NCBI RefSeq assembly: GCF_020745735.1
Contig: NC_083417.1
Span: forward strand, 63,178,001-63,242,000
DNA: 64,000 bases
Source of the DNA: Hemiscyllium ocellatum
Taxonomy: Eukaryota
Direction of reading: 5' to 3'
The first letter of the stretch is position 1. Each line of letters starts with the position of its first letter. A program made the position numbers and the translations under genes. Shown here piece by piece: positions 1 through 14,399 of this stretch. The notes under the pieces are model-generated. The model saw nothing but the letters and a program-made list of their open reading frames with translations. It did no database searches and had not been told where the DNA came from.

Positions 1-699
1 TCTCTCCCGGCGTTATAACAGTCTCCGCACATCAAAAACAGTCACGAGAGCATTTCGTACCAGCAAAAAAGCCATGTGTGCTTTTTCTTTTTGTGAGTGG
101 AGCATATTGTGCGCACAAGTTCTTCCATATTGGCCTGTTCCAATCAGTGTAACAGTTTTATTACTTGCATTAACGAAATAATGAGGTGCTATATATGAAT
201 ATTAGTTAGTCAATCTTTCATCAAAGCGGCGTATGTGAAACCCTGCAAACATGACGGCAGGTGCAATGTCGGAAGCATTCCCGGATCTCCAGGAGTTGGA
301 TGTACATTACGCTCGTATTATTATAACAGGTCTGTGGCAGCGTGATAACGGACTATGCTTTTAAACTGCTATTTTGCGGGGAATGTTATTCCCAGTTCCC
401 TAGCATGCCCCAGGGTTGAGTGGCTTGGTTCAACTCAACATTGAAGGTAGAATCATTGCTGGGTCTTGAGATCATATTGATCTGACATCACTATGCACCA
501 TTTCTAGAGCTGTGGAAGCCGGTCATGATTCGCTGTGACATTGATGACTCCAACTGCGTGTTTCCCTTTATCGGAAGTACCTACATGAATAAACAGGGGA
601 ACTAGGTTCCTCGTGGCATGTTCCAGCATGGTATTGTAGTTGGCCTGCTCACCCATGAGTTCATCCTTCCACGGGCTTCACGAAAACCAAGCTGTTAAT

Positions 700-900
700 T
701 ACAAATCAGAACCAGGAATTGTTGAAAAAGAAAACTCAGTAGGTCTGGCAACATCTGTGGAGAGGAAGCGGAGTCAACATTCTGGGTCCAGTGACACTTG
801 ATCAGAACGTCAACTCTGCTATCTGTCCACAGATGCAGCCAGAGCTGCTGAGTTACTTTCCAGCGATTTCTGTTTTTGTTTTTGATTTCCAGCATCCCTG
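700..900. mobile_element. Head-to-head pair of PLE terminal fragments
   Basis: Inverted arms about 730-779 and about 810-856 (catctgtgga...gagtcaac / gtcaactc...ccacagatg). Confidence 0.65.
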
Positions 901-3900
901 GTTCTTCGTGTTTTTCTTGTGTCCGCTCATTGTGATGCTTCTGTTGTGGGACTTTTCTGCGAGTAACATGACTGTGTTGTTTCCAAGAATACTGGGAACA
1001 CAACTAAAGTGCTTCATTAGTTGTAAAGTGGATTGGAATCTCACGAGGCCATGAAATGAGCCATATAAGTACTTTTTCTTTGTTCTGAAGGGACACTGGA
1101 CTCGAAACAGTAACTCTGCATTCTCATCACAAATACATTGTATAGAACATAGAACAGTGCAGCACATCACAGGTTGTGCCGATCTTTTACCCTACTCTAA
1201 CATCAAATTAACCATTATGTTTAAATTTACTAATTCACCAGTATTCATTTCCAGTCTAAAAAAAGAACATCTCTCAATTCTAATATATATTCTAATGTGT
1301 CGGATAACTTTATGCACAATGAGAACTTACCGGATGATACAGCTAAAAATAATGGAGGGATCGATGTACAGAATGATATATCTCCGTAACTTATATAGAT
1401 TATCAATTCTCTCACGCTCCCATCAATAGGACGTTCTCGGTCAAAGAACTGCATGTATCTGATGTTAGTTACCTGCATAGTTCGAATTTAAGCGATGTCA
1501 ACACGATTGCTTCGGATTTCATTTATTTTCCAAAGTTCGCGCACTGGGACATTGCTAATGATAAAGCTTGCATTTAGATGAGTTTGTTTAGCACTTGCGA
1601 GATTTGAAATACATGCTTAAAAATGCATTTTTTCAACTAAACGAGAAATGCAAGTATTGCTAAACTTGCGTTCCCTGAGGCAGCCTCAACCTCGAACCAC
1701 AAGTGTTTCATTTCTCTTCGACTCTAAGAAACCTTTATTTAAAAATAAATAAATTATACATTTGAGCAGAAACAATTGCGTAACCGAAGCATTAATCCAA
1801 AATAGATGCCTGGGTGGTCAGAACTGTCCATCAATATAGAATGCATTACAAGTAAAAATGACATGTATAAAGGGAACAAATAGAAACGGAGACACTCCCA
1901 CACATAAGGAGAAACACATAGACAAGCGTACGGCAAGTTGTATTTACATAGCGCCTGCAATCTAGAAAAATACCATGGCGAATTGCACAGAACATTATGG
2001 ACTGAGCAAAGTGACTTATTGGTGAAAACAGCTTGGTCAAAGAGGTAGGTATTAAATGAAGAGACAAAAACAGAGCTTCCAGAGATTAGGGCCCGAGTCT
2101 TTCACGACATGGCCGCTAACGGCGGAATGGAGAAAATTGGACTTGCGCGGGAGATCAGAATTAGATCAGAGAGAATGTCCTGGATTGGAGAGATTAAAAA
2201 TATTCAAGCGGATTTCAAACCAAAGACGTTGCAGGAATAAAATACAACGTGGCGCAATGAATACTAAACAATAAATGAACTTTAGCATGCATCAAACATA
2301 CAGATAAAAATGAAGACACAGCCATAAAAGCGGCGCGCACACAAGTTCACACGCTTCCAAATAAAATGGTTTGTATTTATAACATTGGAAGTCAGGATGT
2401 TCCACTTGAAAGCCACTCTAAAGTTACTGTTAGTTGCAAAAATTCACAGAAATCGAGCACCAATCGACCTGATACAGAGTTCCATAGGCACGCGCACCGT
2501 CATTCTGGGCAGTCCCTTGGAATCGAGGATGACGGCGGGTCAGGTTCGATGTTATCTCAGATGACTGAGAAGCCTAATTCCGGATCGACTAGGTTTTTAA
2601 AGAGAAATAGAAGTTACAGCCCTGCACTGGTTTATTTCTTCCTCTGTCACAGCCGCTCCAGCTCTCAACTGTCACAGTTGAGTTGGTGCCATGCACACAT
2701 TCACACATATGTATATGGAAAGGGGGAAAATGGTGACATGTAAAATGCAGTTGGCCATTGTATTTCCTCTCTCATACAATGTGGCTGCTTTCCCATTGCT
2801 CTTCGGTTTATTTCACGCCAGACCCTTCTGCAACACTCCGATAATCCGGGTTTCTGTCCCAGCATAGCGGCCTAATTAAATTGACAATTTACTTTCTCTG
2901 TGATGACGACCCTGGGTTCTCTTCATTGGGAAGATTGTTTCCTTCTACCTCTGCAACGTTACTTGTACTCATCCCTCCTCAACCATCTAAATTCCAATAT
3001 TAGCGAATAGAAAATAATGGAATCAATAATCTGAAAACAAATGGTGAAACAAACTTTGACAAACTTACACAACCAAACAAGCCACATTTTGACCATTTTC
3101 ACCAAATGCACTCCTTGCAACACCAACAACCTCCAATTTGCAGAAAATGTATTCTTTGTAAAACTCTGCTGCCCATCGGCTAGCCTACACCAAGTCGTGC
3201 TCACCCACCTCACCAATCCACGTTGACCTATAATTGTTTCCTACACACTATTGCTCAAATTCCCCTACTTCAGTATCCCTCCAACAACAATTCTACTCCC
3301 TATTCTCCTATCTGTGGAATACTGCATACATCCAGTCCTTTGCCACCATTGCCTAGATTGCATGTTCCAAAATATTCTTCCTAAGTCTTCACTACTGCAT
3401 TCTTCTTTTTCAACTAGAATTTATCAAAACCAGCTCAAGAATCAATCATTAATTTCTCTCTTTCTATCCTAATTTCTTTGATAGGGTATGGATTTGCTTA
3501 TTCCGCAGGAGACACTGCTGTATTTTTGTGTTTCAAACCCTTTATATTGACGTAACTTGTCGTTTAAGATTACTTTGTTGCTTTTCCAAGTCTGGTGAAG
3601 TCCTATGACTGAACCGTTTATTATTTTTTTCTTGGCAAATGTTAGTCAGCCCATTGTGTGATCAGGTCATGTTTTGTTTTGAATGACAATCCCATGCAAC
3701 CTCCAGATTAGGCCGAGACTACTCAGCGCATCTGATATTTTCTTGCATTTTTGCTCCTCCCTACCATTGATGTCTAATCCAATTTGCTTATCCATTAATT
3801 TATTTCTGTTTCATATGCATATTAAACTCACCATTCGATTTTTAAATGCCTATTATTGCGTATGCCCTCTAGTTTTGTACTCTATCACAAGTGGAAACAT

Positions 3901-3984
3901 TTTCTCTGGAAGGATCCTCCCTGTCAGATCAGCTCATAATTGCAATGAACTCGGTCAGGTCACTCGCAGCTTTTCATAATTCAT

Positions 3985-4313
3985 GTGTTACAACAGGCCA
4001 TTTGGTCCAACAAGTCCACACCGACCCTCTGAACGGTATCCCACCTAGACCCATTCCCTTACCCTATCATGCTACATATCCCCTGACTAATGCACCTAAC
4101 CCATCCCTGAACACCATGGGCAATTTCAAATGGCCAATTCAACTAACCTGCACACCTTTGGAAGCTCGGAGGAAACTGGAGCACACAACCGAAACCCACG
4201 CAGATACGAGGAGAATGTGCAAACTCCATACAGTCAGTCAACCGAGGCTGGAATCCAACCCGGGTCACTGGTGCTGTGAGGCAACAGTGCTAACCGCTGA
4301 GTCACTGTGCCGC
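3985..4313 (-). mobile_element. HE1-type SINE
   Basis: Reverse-complement similarity to 45125-45425. Confidence 0.8.
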
Positions 4314-4974
4314 TCAAAATTATTCCTTAAATTGATTTGAATGCCAGCCGTTGATCACATGGTTGCCACCTCACTACTATCGAAGAAGCTTGGCCAGCAT
4401 CCAACTTCAAGACTAGGGTACCAGACATCTCGATTGACATTCTAGTGCAGGAATGAGCAAATGCTGCTGTCGGAGACATTGCTTTTCTGCTGCAATGTTA
4501 AGTCCCACCTTCCTGGGTGAATGTAAAGGATCCAATCCCACTACTTTGAAGCCGAATTAAGGAGTTAAACTGAGTGTCTTTAACCTCTATAAAAATGAAA
4601 GAATTGCAGATTGTAAATGAGAAACAAAAACAGAAGTTGCTGGTGAAGCTCAGCAGGTCAGCAGGATCTGTGAAGAAAAATCAAAATTAACCTTTCAGGT
4701 TCAGTAACTTGAGGTTCTGAGGAAGAGTCACCAGACCAGAGACGTTGACTTTGATTTTTCTTCACATTCCTGATGAATGGTTGACTCTCCTGCTCCTCGG
4801 ATGCTGCCTCACCTGCTCTGCTTTTCCTTACGTTTTTGTGTCCTCAATTTTTACCATTCACTCACCAACATACATACACGAGCAACGTTTATCTGGTCAT
4901 TATGAAGTAATGTGGAGGTGCCGATGTTGTACTGGGATGGACAAAGTCAGATGTCACGCGGTATCATGTTAAAG

Positions 4975-5100
4975 TGAGGACTGCAGATGCTAGAGATCAG
5001 AGTTGAGACCATGCCGCTGGAAAGGCACAGGAGAAACATCCGAGGAGCAGGAGAATCGATGTTTCGGGCATAAGCCCTTCATTAGGAATGAGCCCGGCTA
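4975..5100 (-). mobile_element. PLE terminal fragment with a degenerate hammerhead core (CTAATGA...GAAAC)
   Basis: Reverse complement reads cattcctaatgaagggcttatgcccgaaacatcgattctcctgc. Confidence 0.7.
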
Positions 5101-5559
5101 TGTAATTCCAGCGCCACGCTCTCGACACCAGGTTAGAGTCCAACACGTTTGTTGCTTTCCGAGCGCTGCCCCGTCGTCACTTAATCTGTAAAGGAGCAGC
5201 ACTCCAAAATTTCAAATAGCCTGTTGGACTAGAAGCTGGTGTCGTCTGACTTCTGACATTATCACACTGCTAATTTGGGAAGTTTGCAGAGTGCGAATTG
5301 GCTGTTGTGCTTCCTACATCACAATTGTGACTACACCTAGTTGATGGTAACCGCTTTGGGAAGTCGAGTGGGGGCGAAAAGTGCGATATGATTTCCTTTC
5401 TGTGAGAAAGCATCACACTGATATCTAGGCAGTTGATATTTTACTGTCAATTAGCTCGCAAACTGTAGTTTCGAGTGAAAATCCTGTGGCCTCTTTGTTT
5501 CCACAAAACTTGGATATCCTTTAAATGTCTTTGCTAAATGCTAAGGCAGACTGACGAGA

Positions 5560-8470
5560 GGAGGGCGCTATTTCCTTGCGAAATCATGTTGGTCTGCCGA
5601 TGTAAAAGGCCAATCTATAATCGGCATTCCGCGACCATTCCAGCCTCCGGAACTACTCGGCCGTCATTAGCCACTCGGCCGTGCTAGCCATCATCACAGC
5701 GGTGAACAGTGAGGTCATTTCCGTCCGCACTGCCCAACAGTCCGCAGCCACGGCTGATCATGCTGCTTCCGTGACCGCTGCCAGAAGCACCCCCACTGAC
5801 GCCACTCAGCATACTTGCTCCCCCAAGATCCCAGAGTCACCACCTTGACCACCACAAAGCCCGTGGTGAGCGTCACTTCCCTAAATGATGTCACCACCTC
5901 GCTCCCTCCACAACTGCACACACTCCAGTTACAGTCTCCATCCACAGTGCCAGCCCCAGCCCTATACCTGGTCCTAGCTCCTAGCCCTGCCGTGTGTTCA
6001 CCATCCCACCCACTGATTGCAAATGATCAGTCCTCAGCAAAGGCCTTACCTTCATCCCCGTCCGCTCCTGGAATTACGAATTCAACACGCGTTGTGACAT
6101 TGAATTCTTCCTCCACTGCCTCTGCCTCTGCCTCTGAGCTTACTTTTTCTATCAAGACTCCTGTCCACCTTCCGAGGACTCCTTTGCCACCTCCAACACA
6201 CCCTGTACACCTGGACACCCCATGCCAGTCTGTTACCCACCCTTAACCTCTTTATTTCCAACTGCGGCGAGGATATTGACCACCTCAACCTGCCCATCCC
6301 CCTCACCCACTCCAACCTCTCACCCTCACAATGCGCAGCCCTCCGCTCCCTCTGTTCCAACCCAACCTCACCATAAAACCAGCAGACAAGGGGGTGCGCA
6401 GTGGTAGATTGGCACACTGACCTCTACACCGCTGAAACCAGGTGCCAGCTTGAAGACACCTCCTCCTATGGTCCCCTCAACTACAAGCTCACCTGCCATC
6501 AGCAAACCATCATCTCCCAGACTGTGCACAACCTCATCAACTTTGTGGATCTCCCACCCATAGCTTCCAACCTCATAGTTCTGGAACGCCACACTGCTCA
6601 GTTCTACCTCCTACCCAACATCCACAAGCCTAACTACCCCAGTCAACCCATCGTCTCAGCTTTTCCTGCATCACTGAATTCATCTCCACATATCTCGATA
6701 CTGTCTATGCCTCCTGGTCCAAGAACTCCCCACAGACATTCGGGACACTACCCATGCCATCCACCTCCTCCAAAACATTTGTTTTCCTTGCCCCCAATGC
6801 CTCATCTTCACCATGGGTATCCAGTCCCTGTACACCTCCATCCTCCATGACCAGGACCTCCAAGCCCTCCATTTCTTCTCCCGACGTCCCATCAGTACCC
6901 TTCCACTGACAGTCTGATTCGTTTGGCTGAACTGGTCCTCCCCCCTCAAAAATGTTCCCTTCAAATCCTCCCACTTCCTCCAGAAGGCACCTGCATAGGT
7001 ACCTGCATAGGCCCCAGCTATGACTGCCTCTTTGTTGGCTACGTGGAACAGTCTATCTTTTGCAGTTACATCAGCACCATTCACCACCTTTACCTCTGCT
7101 ACATTGATGACTGCATCGACGCCACCTTGTGCTTCCATGAGGAGGTCGAACAGTTCATCAACTTCACCAACACATTCCATCCTGATCTTAAATTCACCTG
7201 GACCATCTCAGATACATCCCTCCACTTCCTGGGCCTCTCCTTCATCAACGGTGACCGACTCCACACTGATATCTTCTACAAACCCACCGGCCCCCACAGC
7301 TACCTGGATTACATCTCCTCCCACCCTGCTTCCTGTAAAAAATATTATCCTCTATTCCCAATTCCTCGGCCTCCACTGCATCTGCTCCCAGGAGGACCAG
7401 TTTCACTACATATCACACCAGTTGGCCTCCTTCTTTAAAGGCCACAATTTCCCCTCCAAAATGGTTGATGATGCCCTCCAGCACATCTCAGCCACTTCCC
7501 GCACCTCTGCCCTCAAACCCCACCCCTCTAACTGCAACAAGGACAGAACCCCGGTGGTCCTTATCTTCCACTCAACCAAACTCTGCATCACATCATCCTC
7601 CGCCATTTCCGCCAACTGCAAACAGACCTCACCACCAGGGATATATTTCCCTCCCCATCCCTATCCGCTTTCCCTAAAGATCATTCCCTCCGTGTCTACC
7701 TTGTCAGGTCCAGATCCCCCCAACAACCCACCCTCCCCTCTCGGCACCTTCACCTGCCGCCGGATGAATTGCAAAATCTGCACCCACACCTCCCCCCTCA
7801 CCTCTGTCCAAGACCCCAAAGGAGTCTTCCACATCCATCAAAGTTTTACCTGCACGTCCACACATGTCACTTAGTTTATTGGTTGCTCCTGATGCAGTCT
7901 CCTCTACATTGGGGAGACTGGACACTTCCTCACAGAGCACTTCAGAGAATATCTCTGCAACATCAACATGAATCAAAACCGCAGCCCCATGGCCGTAGAC
8001 TCCAACTCCCCCTCCCACTCCTCCAACGACATGCAGGTCCTGGACATCCTCCATCACCACTCTCTTGCCACCCGACTCATCTTCTGTCTTGGGAACCTCC
8101 AACCCCATGGCATCAATGTGAATTTCATCAATATCCTCATTTCCCCTCCCCCCACCTTAAGTTTCAACTTTCCAGCTCAGCATTGCCCTCATGACCTGTC
8201 CATCTACCTTCCCACTTATCCACTCCACCCTCCCCTCCGACCTGTCACCATTGCCCCCACTTCCATCCACCTATTGCACTCTGAGCTACCTTCCCCTCAG
8301 CTCCACCCCCTCCCATTTATCTCTCCACCCCTGATGCTGCCAGCTTCATTCCTGATGAAGGGCTTTTGGCTGAAACATCGATTCTCCTGCTCTTTGGATG
8401 TGCCTGACCTGCCGTGCTTTTCAGCACCACACTCTCAACTCTAATCTCCAGCATCTGCAGTCCTTACTTT
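5560..8470 (+). mobile_element. Penelope-like element (RT + GIY-YIG endonuclease), frameshifted, with hammerhead-type terminus
   Basis: RT motifs GPSYDCLFVGYVEQ and YIDDCI; C-terminal CSxCSLLYIGET GIY-YIG-like region; CTGATGA...GAAAC at 8352-8376. The 5' boundary is approximate. Confidence 0.85.
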
Positions 8471-10429
8471 CACCCTAAAGGTATGCCATCTGTTGCCTCA
8501 TTCGTTACCTTATACGTCATTACTTTCGAGCTGTAAATTGTGGTTTGTCTGTTAATGCAACTTCGCTGATCTATTGCAAAACAACAGCCCTTTGTGGTCA
8601 GAACCATGTATCTAACCTGTAAAAGAGGTCATGTGGAGGTGCTGGTGTTGGACTAGAGTGGACAAAGTTAAAAATCATACAACCAGCTACCTGACTAAGG
8701 AGCTGCGTTCTGAAAGCTTGTAATTTCAAATAAAACTGTTGGACTATAACCTGGTGTTGTGTGATTTGTAACTTTAATAGATGAATACATTTGAATTTTG
8801 TTTAAAAATGCCAACTAAATGAAGTTGACTTGAAGTCTGAAGAGTAACATGAGACAATTGATAGCTATATGTCCCTCTGCTGTAGAATGATAAGCGCTGA
8901 AAGACAATTTTGAATTTGAACTTGCCTCAAAGGTACAATGTTTGATAGGATCCCAGTCCCAGTTTCACCTTTTGCATTGTCCTTACGCTTTCAGGGCACT
9001 TTGGGGATCTTTCTGTTTTGCGCAGGAGAATTGGTGAAGTGGGTGGCAAGGCACAGCATCTGTGGAGAAAAGGCATGTTAACGTTTCTGGTCTTGTGACC
9101 CTTCTTCAGAACTGAAATTATTTTGCTTTTGAAATGCTAAATATTATTATAGAAGATTGAGTGAAAATATATTTAGCCTGAATTGTAAAGATATCCTGGA
9201 AAATAAAATAACTGAATGATGTTTGGATTTGAATTCTTTAGGATGTTTTGCTATGTACAACTGTGAATATGTACATCAGTTTGCAAAAAAAGAACAATGT
9301 ACAGACTATGTCACTTCAAAATGAAAAGCAATATAAATGTGTACAACTTGGCCTTGAAGGTATCAATTCAGATTTTATTGTGATAATAAAGGCAACTAAT
9401 CAGGTAGATGTAGTAATTGCAAGAGTAAAGTGGCTTTGATCACTGATGTTAGAGAAAAATTCTGCGAATATAAGGGAAATCATAATTATGCACAAATTCC
9501 AAAACCTTATTTCAACATTTAAAACTGACTTACAAGAGCATCCGATATCAAATATCTGAGAAGCAGCAGTTTTGACAGGCACCCATGATGTCACAGACAT
9601 ACATTTACTTGTGGGGATGTGAGCACATGGAAATCCACAAGGAAATTAGAGGAATAGAAATTGCAGGGATTGAAAAGGCATTAGTTGCAGGAAGCAACAG
9701 AACAATGCCAAACTAAAGGAAGAGAAAGAACAGAGTGAATGATAGACAATAAGAGTGATACCACAAAAATTAGGTAAGTAAATTAGTTGTTAGGAAATAT
9801 CTGTAAATTATGTTATTAAGCACCAGGAACAGGTGAAAGTTAGAAGCAATCGAATAAAGAAATATTATTAAGCCCATTGTAGGCCTGCAAGCCCAGAGGG
9901 AGTAAAGTTAAAGTAAGGGAAGCATGCTTAAGACTAAGACAAAGTATAGCAGGTGCATGGGGGAAAGAAACAATTACCATAAAAAAAGGTTTAATTAATC
10001 TTCTGGAGGATCTTATTTGAAGCAAGCAACATAGCTTAGGAAAAGCAGTTGAATTAATCCAGAATACTAAGGGTGCACAAGAACAGACAGTTTAGCAGAA
10101 CAAACAGAGGAAAAAAATGGTTAAAATAAACAGTCATGTACCAGAGATACAAAGAATCATACAAGACAGTGAAAAGATAACCTTTCCATATGTTAGGCGC
10201 TTAGTTCATGACTCCTTTCCCATGACAGGAAGGCCAAAAGTCACATTAAAATATTAAACCATTTTACTCGAGTAATCAACAGGTAGGATTTTCCAATACG
10301 TAACAGTTAAGTGTCCCATTAAAAGAAGTTTAAAGACAGAATCGATGGCCATCTGTTTACTTCCCATCCTTCCTGTCATGTGCCCTGATGCTAATTTACT
10401 ATGCAAATATCATAGATGGAATTGAACCA

Positions 10430-12560
10430 CGATTAGATGAATAAATCACATATATTATAAGTGAACAGTTTATTCAAGTAATTTGCATAGGCATGAAGCT
10501 TCCAAGTTTCTCCGTCTGGTTCTGCAGATTGTGGTGTATAAGAGAATCCTCCCAATTCAGCAGGAGAAATCAATCCATGTGTTACACAATCTGCAGTGTA
10601 CCGGAAAGGTTGGATGCTGCTGGAAATCTGGATGAAGGCATCTGCAGAAAGTGCCACTGGTTTGATCAGCTTGAGCGCCATGTTTTGGAGCTCAAGCATC
10701 AGTTAGAGTTCCAAAAGAGCATCTGCGAGACTGAGAGTTACGTGGGTAATACATTTTAGACATGGTCACTTCGCAGCTTAAAAACATGTGGATAGGGAGG
10801 GATAGATAATCAGGCAGAAGAAGGGTGGTAGATGAGGAAAACCCCAGTGTGCATCTCAATCAGGAATACATTTTCTGTGTTGGCAAAAGGTGAGAGTGCA
10901 ACCAGAGCCCAGCTGCATAAGGAAGGAGAGAGAGAGAGAGAGAGAGAGAGAATAATGGTAGCAGGAGATTCAAAAGTGAGAACGTACAGACAGGCAATTC
11001 TGCAACCACTAACATGACTCCAAACTAGTGTATTGTCTCTCTGGGGCCAGGGTCAAGAATGTCACTTGAACAGCAACAGGGCTTCCATATTTATGGGCAT
11101 CTTACCAATGTGGTAGATGGGTGTTTACACTAATTTGGCAGAGGGGCAGGATATGGAGTGGAGGTATAGTAGAGGGATGCCCAAAACAAGTGTAGAAGAA
11201 TAATTGAGTTGGTCAAGAAGGCAGTGCAAATATAATCAAGTAAATAGACATTGAAAAGCGGAAAGGTTGGATGACATTTATTTTAATGCAATAAGTTTTG
11301 TGAGTAAGTTGGATGAGTAGAAGGTATTAGAAGGTGTGGATTAAAGTTTGAGGGTGTGATACCATTACTATGATAGAGACATGGTCGAAGGAAGGTAGGG
11401 CTGGCTACTCAATATTCCAGGGTAGAAAATCTTTAAGCAAAGTAGAAGAAGGGGCTATAATAGAAGAGGTGGTAACGCCATGTTGATCAAAGAATCAGTT
11501 ACTGCAGTAAAGAGAGATGTTGTCTTAGAACGTTCCTCAAATATACCCATGTACTTAAAGAAAAAAATGGGTATCTCGTTCCATGGGCATACTACTACCA
11601 GCGAGGCAGGGAGGGATAGGAAGATATATCAAATCTCAGAGAACTGTAAAAATATTTGGGAAGCACCAGTAGGAGATTTTGCCTTCCTCAATATTAATTG
11701 GGGTAGATAATAATTGGAAGGCTCTGAGCAGATGGAATTCTTAAAATGTGTCTATTAGGGCTTTTTAAGTGAACACACAGCAGTGTAATCATGGGACAGG
11801 ATGTTGATTTGGTGGCTGCTGGTAGCATCTTTCACTTAATTTTCAGAAACAGAGCTGGATAGATGTGGCCATGGTAAGTGTGGCAGTGGAGCAGCATTTC
11901 TGTGGTAGTAACCACATTTCAATAAGAGTTAAATAGAATATGGATAAGTACAGAGATGGATTGGAAATAAAGGTTCTGAACTGCAGGAACAACAATTTTA
12001 ATAACTAAGATATTTCTGAAGAAATTAACATTGAGAGGAAAAAATGTGAAGTTTTAGCAGGCTTGAAAGTAGATTAACCCCGAGACCCAGACGTATCTAA
12101 AGTTAGTGTGGGAGGCAAGGTGAGATTTCAGGGGCTCTGAAGTTAATATTCAAATCTTCTGTACCAGAAGAGGTATGTCAGTGGATTAGAAGATGGCTTT
12201 ATTCAAGAGGGGTGATGGGATAAACCAGGAAACAACAGGTCAACGAGTCTAACACGTGACGGGGAAGTCTTGTAAAAAATTCTGAATAACAGAATGAATC
12301 TTCACTTATGTAGGCAAGAATTAATTAAGGGTAGCCAACGTAGCGTTGCTTGGATGAGACAATATTTAACATATGTGATTGAATTTTTCAAGGATGTGAC
12401 TAAGTTTGTAGATGAGAGTAGTGCAGATGATGTGATCTACATGCACTTCAGCAGGGTGTTTGACAAGACCTCACATGGAAGACTAGTCGAGAAGCTAAGG
12501 GTCCATGGTTGTCAGGGCAATAATAATAATTAAAGATAAGGATATTAACATAAGGTAGGA
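10430..12560 (+). mobile_element. Older CR1 LINE remnant (ORF1, APE and RT fragments)
   Basis: CRKCHWFDQLERHV; VAGDSKVR; VGDFAFLNINW; IEFFKDVTKFVD..DVIYMHFSRVFDK. Confidence 0.8.
10926..10950. repeat. (GA)n microsatellite
   Basis: Direct reading. Confidence 0.9.
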
Positions 12561-14399
12561 ATGATAGTCAGAACAGACAATGACTTAGAATGAAGAAAGA
12601 AATAGGTGGAAATGTCAAAAATACAAGGACAATTCGAGAATGAATGAATGAATGAATGGATTTCATGGGAAGATTCTTCTGAATTTCAGGACTTAGTGGC
12701 TACTTTGACAAAGTTCTGGAAGAAAAGTAATAAATTGAAGTGGACAACAATGCCTCAGAGCATTTGACAACTTAAAAGCTGTGTTGATGACGACACACTT
12801 TTAACTGACCCTAATTATGTTAAGCCATGTCATGCCAGTTAAATCATTATGGATTCCATTTTACTTTCTATTCATTTCAAATATGCATCAATAGAAACGT
12901 TTGAAGGTGGGAAAGTGTCTGAATCTGTTTTTGGCTCTGAAACATTTTGAAATCTACATATCCAATCACACCGATTATTATTGATATGAATCATAAGTAT
13001 TTAGCTGATTATGGTTAAACTTTTTAATACAGAAATCGATCGTCTATGAGAAGTTTGAGTTCTTTAGAAAAGCAATAATTTAGCTTAGGTTGTGTCCTTC
13101 TAAGGTGTCAGAGCTGCAAATAAGTGCTAAAATGTTTTGAATTTTATGCTTTCTTAAAGTTCAGTTAGGAAACGTCAATGAAGCAACTAGCAGCTGTCCT
13201 TCTCATGCATCTGGTACAAGTCACCAACGAGAAATGCTTTGGACTTCACAAGTTAAGACGGAAATATAGATATTAGAATTAGAATAATACTTTGCTTGCA
13301 TTGACTGTCTGCAAAGGATTTTGCTGTGAACAGGGTTGAAACGTTTCTTTAGCTATTTATCTAAACATCTTTCTAAGTTGCCTTACATCCATTAGGTTAG
13401 TTTTTTCTGTAATAAACGTGTTTTTTTTTGTTAAAAGATCATTGGTTATCTTACATATTCAGAGGCCACCACCATTATGAAACTTAGAAAATAAATTGTA
13501 CAGTATTGCTGTTAGCTGCTATCACAACATTGGCCAATCAGGTGCCCCGATCCCAACACTAACTGCAAGCCGAAACAGGCTTACATTTAAAACCATTAAC
13601 TTAATCCTTAACCCTAATATATTGCCTTAACTCCACTCTTAAAACTAAAACACGTGGTATGATTGCTGCCATAGGCAGCAGAATAAGGTGTCAAGTGTCT
13701 CGATGTCGTCATTACACAAGTTGTACATGGTTAATAGCCATTAACAGAGCATCAACTTTCTCTCAATAACCACTTTGAAATATTCATAGAGATTAGTGCA
13801 ACCAAAGCATAATATGACTTGGCAGGCGATTACCTTCAGACATGACATTTTACCAATGCATTGTCACTGAAATGAACAGGTGAGTCTGAATCTACCACAG
13901 GGGGATCTCTCCTCCCATGTGGGTCAGTTGTAGACAAATTAATGAGATTAATTATAATGTTGACTTGACAACACCATAACAGGCAATCATGAGGGCAATG
14001 CAAAGGGAACGAGATGGATTTTAAGCTTTTAGCCTAGAAAACAACAAACTGCAGACAAGATAGAGAAATTTGAAAGACTGGTTAAACAGTCTTTGATTGG
14101 CTTCCCAAATATAGAAAGGCCACATATGAGTAGCAACTCAGAATATGAGTTGATAGAAATACAGGTAAATCTTTATTTCACTAGCAGTCAGTCAAAAGTT
14201 TACATGTGAAATTTATCGAAAGGTATCTTGAGAACATTCTAGTTACAAAGGAAAAAATGCAATTTGATCTGGACATGAGAATTGAATTGAACTGACTTGT
14301 GGAAATCATGGTCCTGAAGTGTAATAAAATACAAACACATTTTGCTGTTTTATTCCTTCTTTTGGTGTAGGACATAGTTCACTAGAGATCTATTTTGGT

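Larger units (their letters stand above)
9300..13350 (+). mobile_element. Highly decayed Gypsy-type element interrupted by an older CR1 (10430-12560)
   Basis: Similarity to 32.3-32.5 kb and 62.1-62.3 kb; integrase-Zn-finger-like VHDSFPMTG..KILNHF at 10192-10265; RT-connection-like sequence at 12720-12830. Confidence 0.5.

Noticed and set aside
3060-3227. AG..GT-bounded segment on the minus strand resembling a decayed TM exon
   Set aside because: No clean hydrophobic helix in the open frame; not supportable.
5715-8444. Many long overlapping ORFs on both strands (also 16.8-18.7 kb and 20-24 kb)
   Set aside because: These are frameshifted pieces and antisense shadows of PLE/CR1 coding sequence in C-rich DNA, not host genes.
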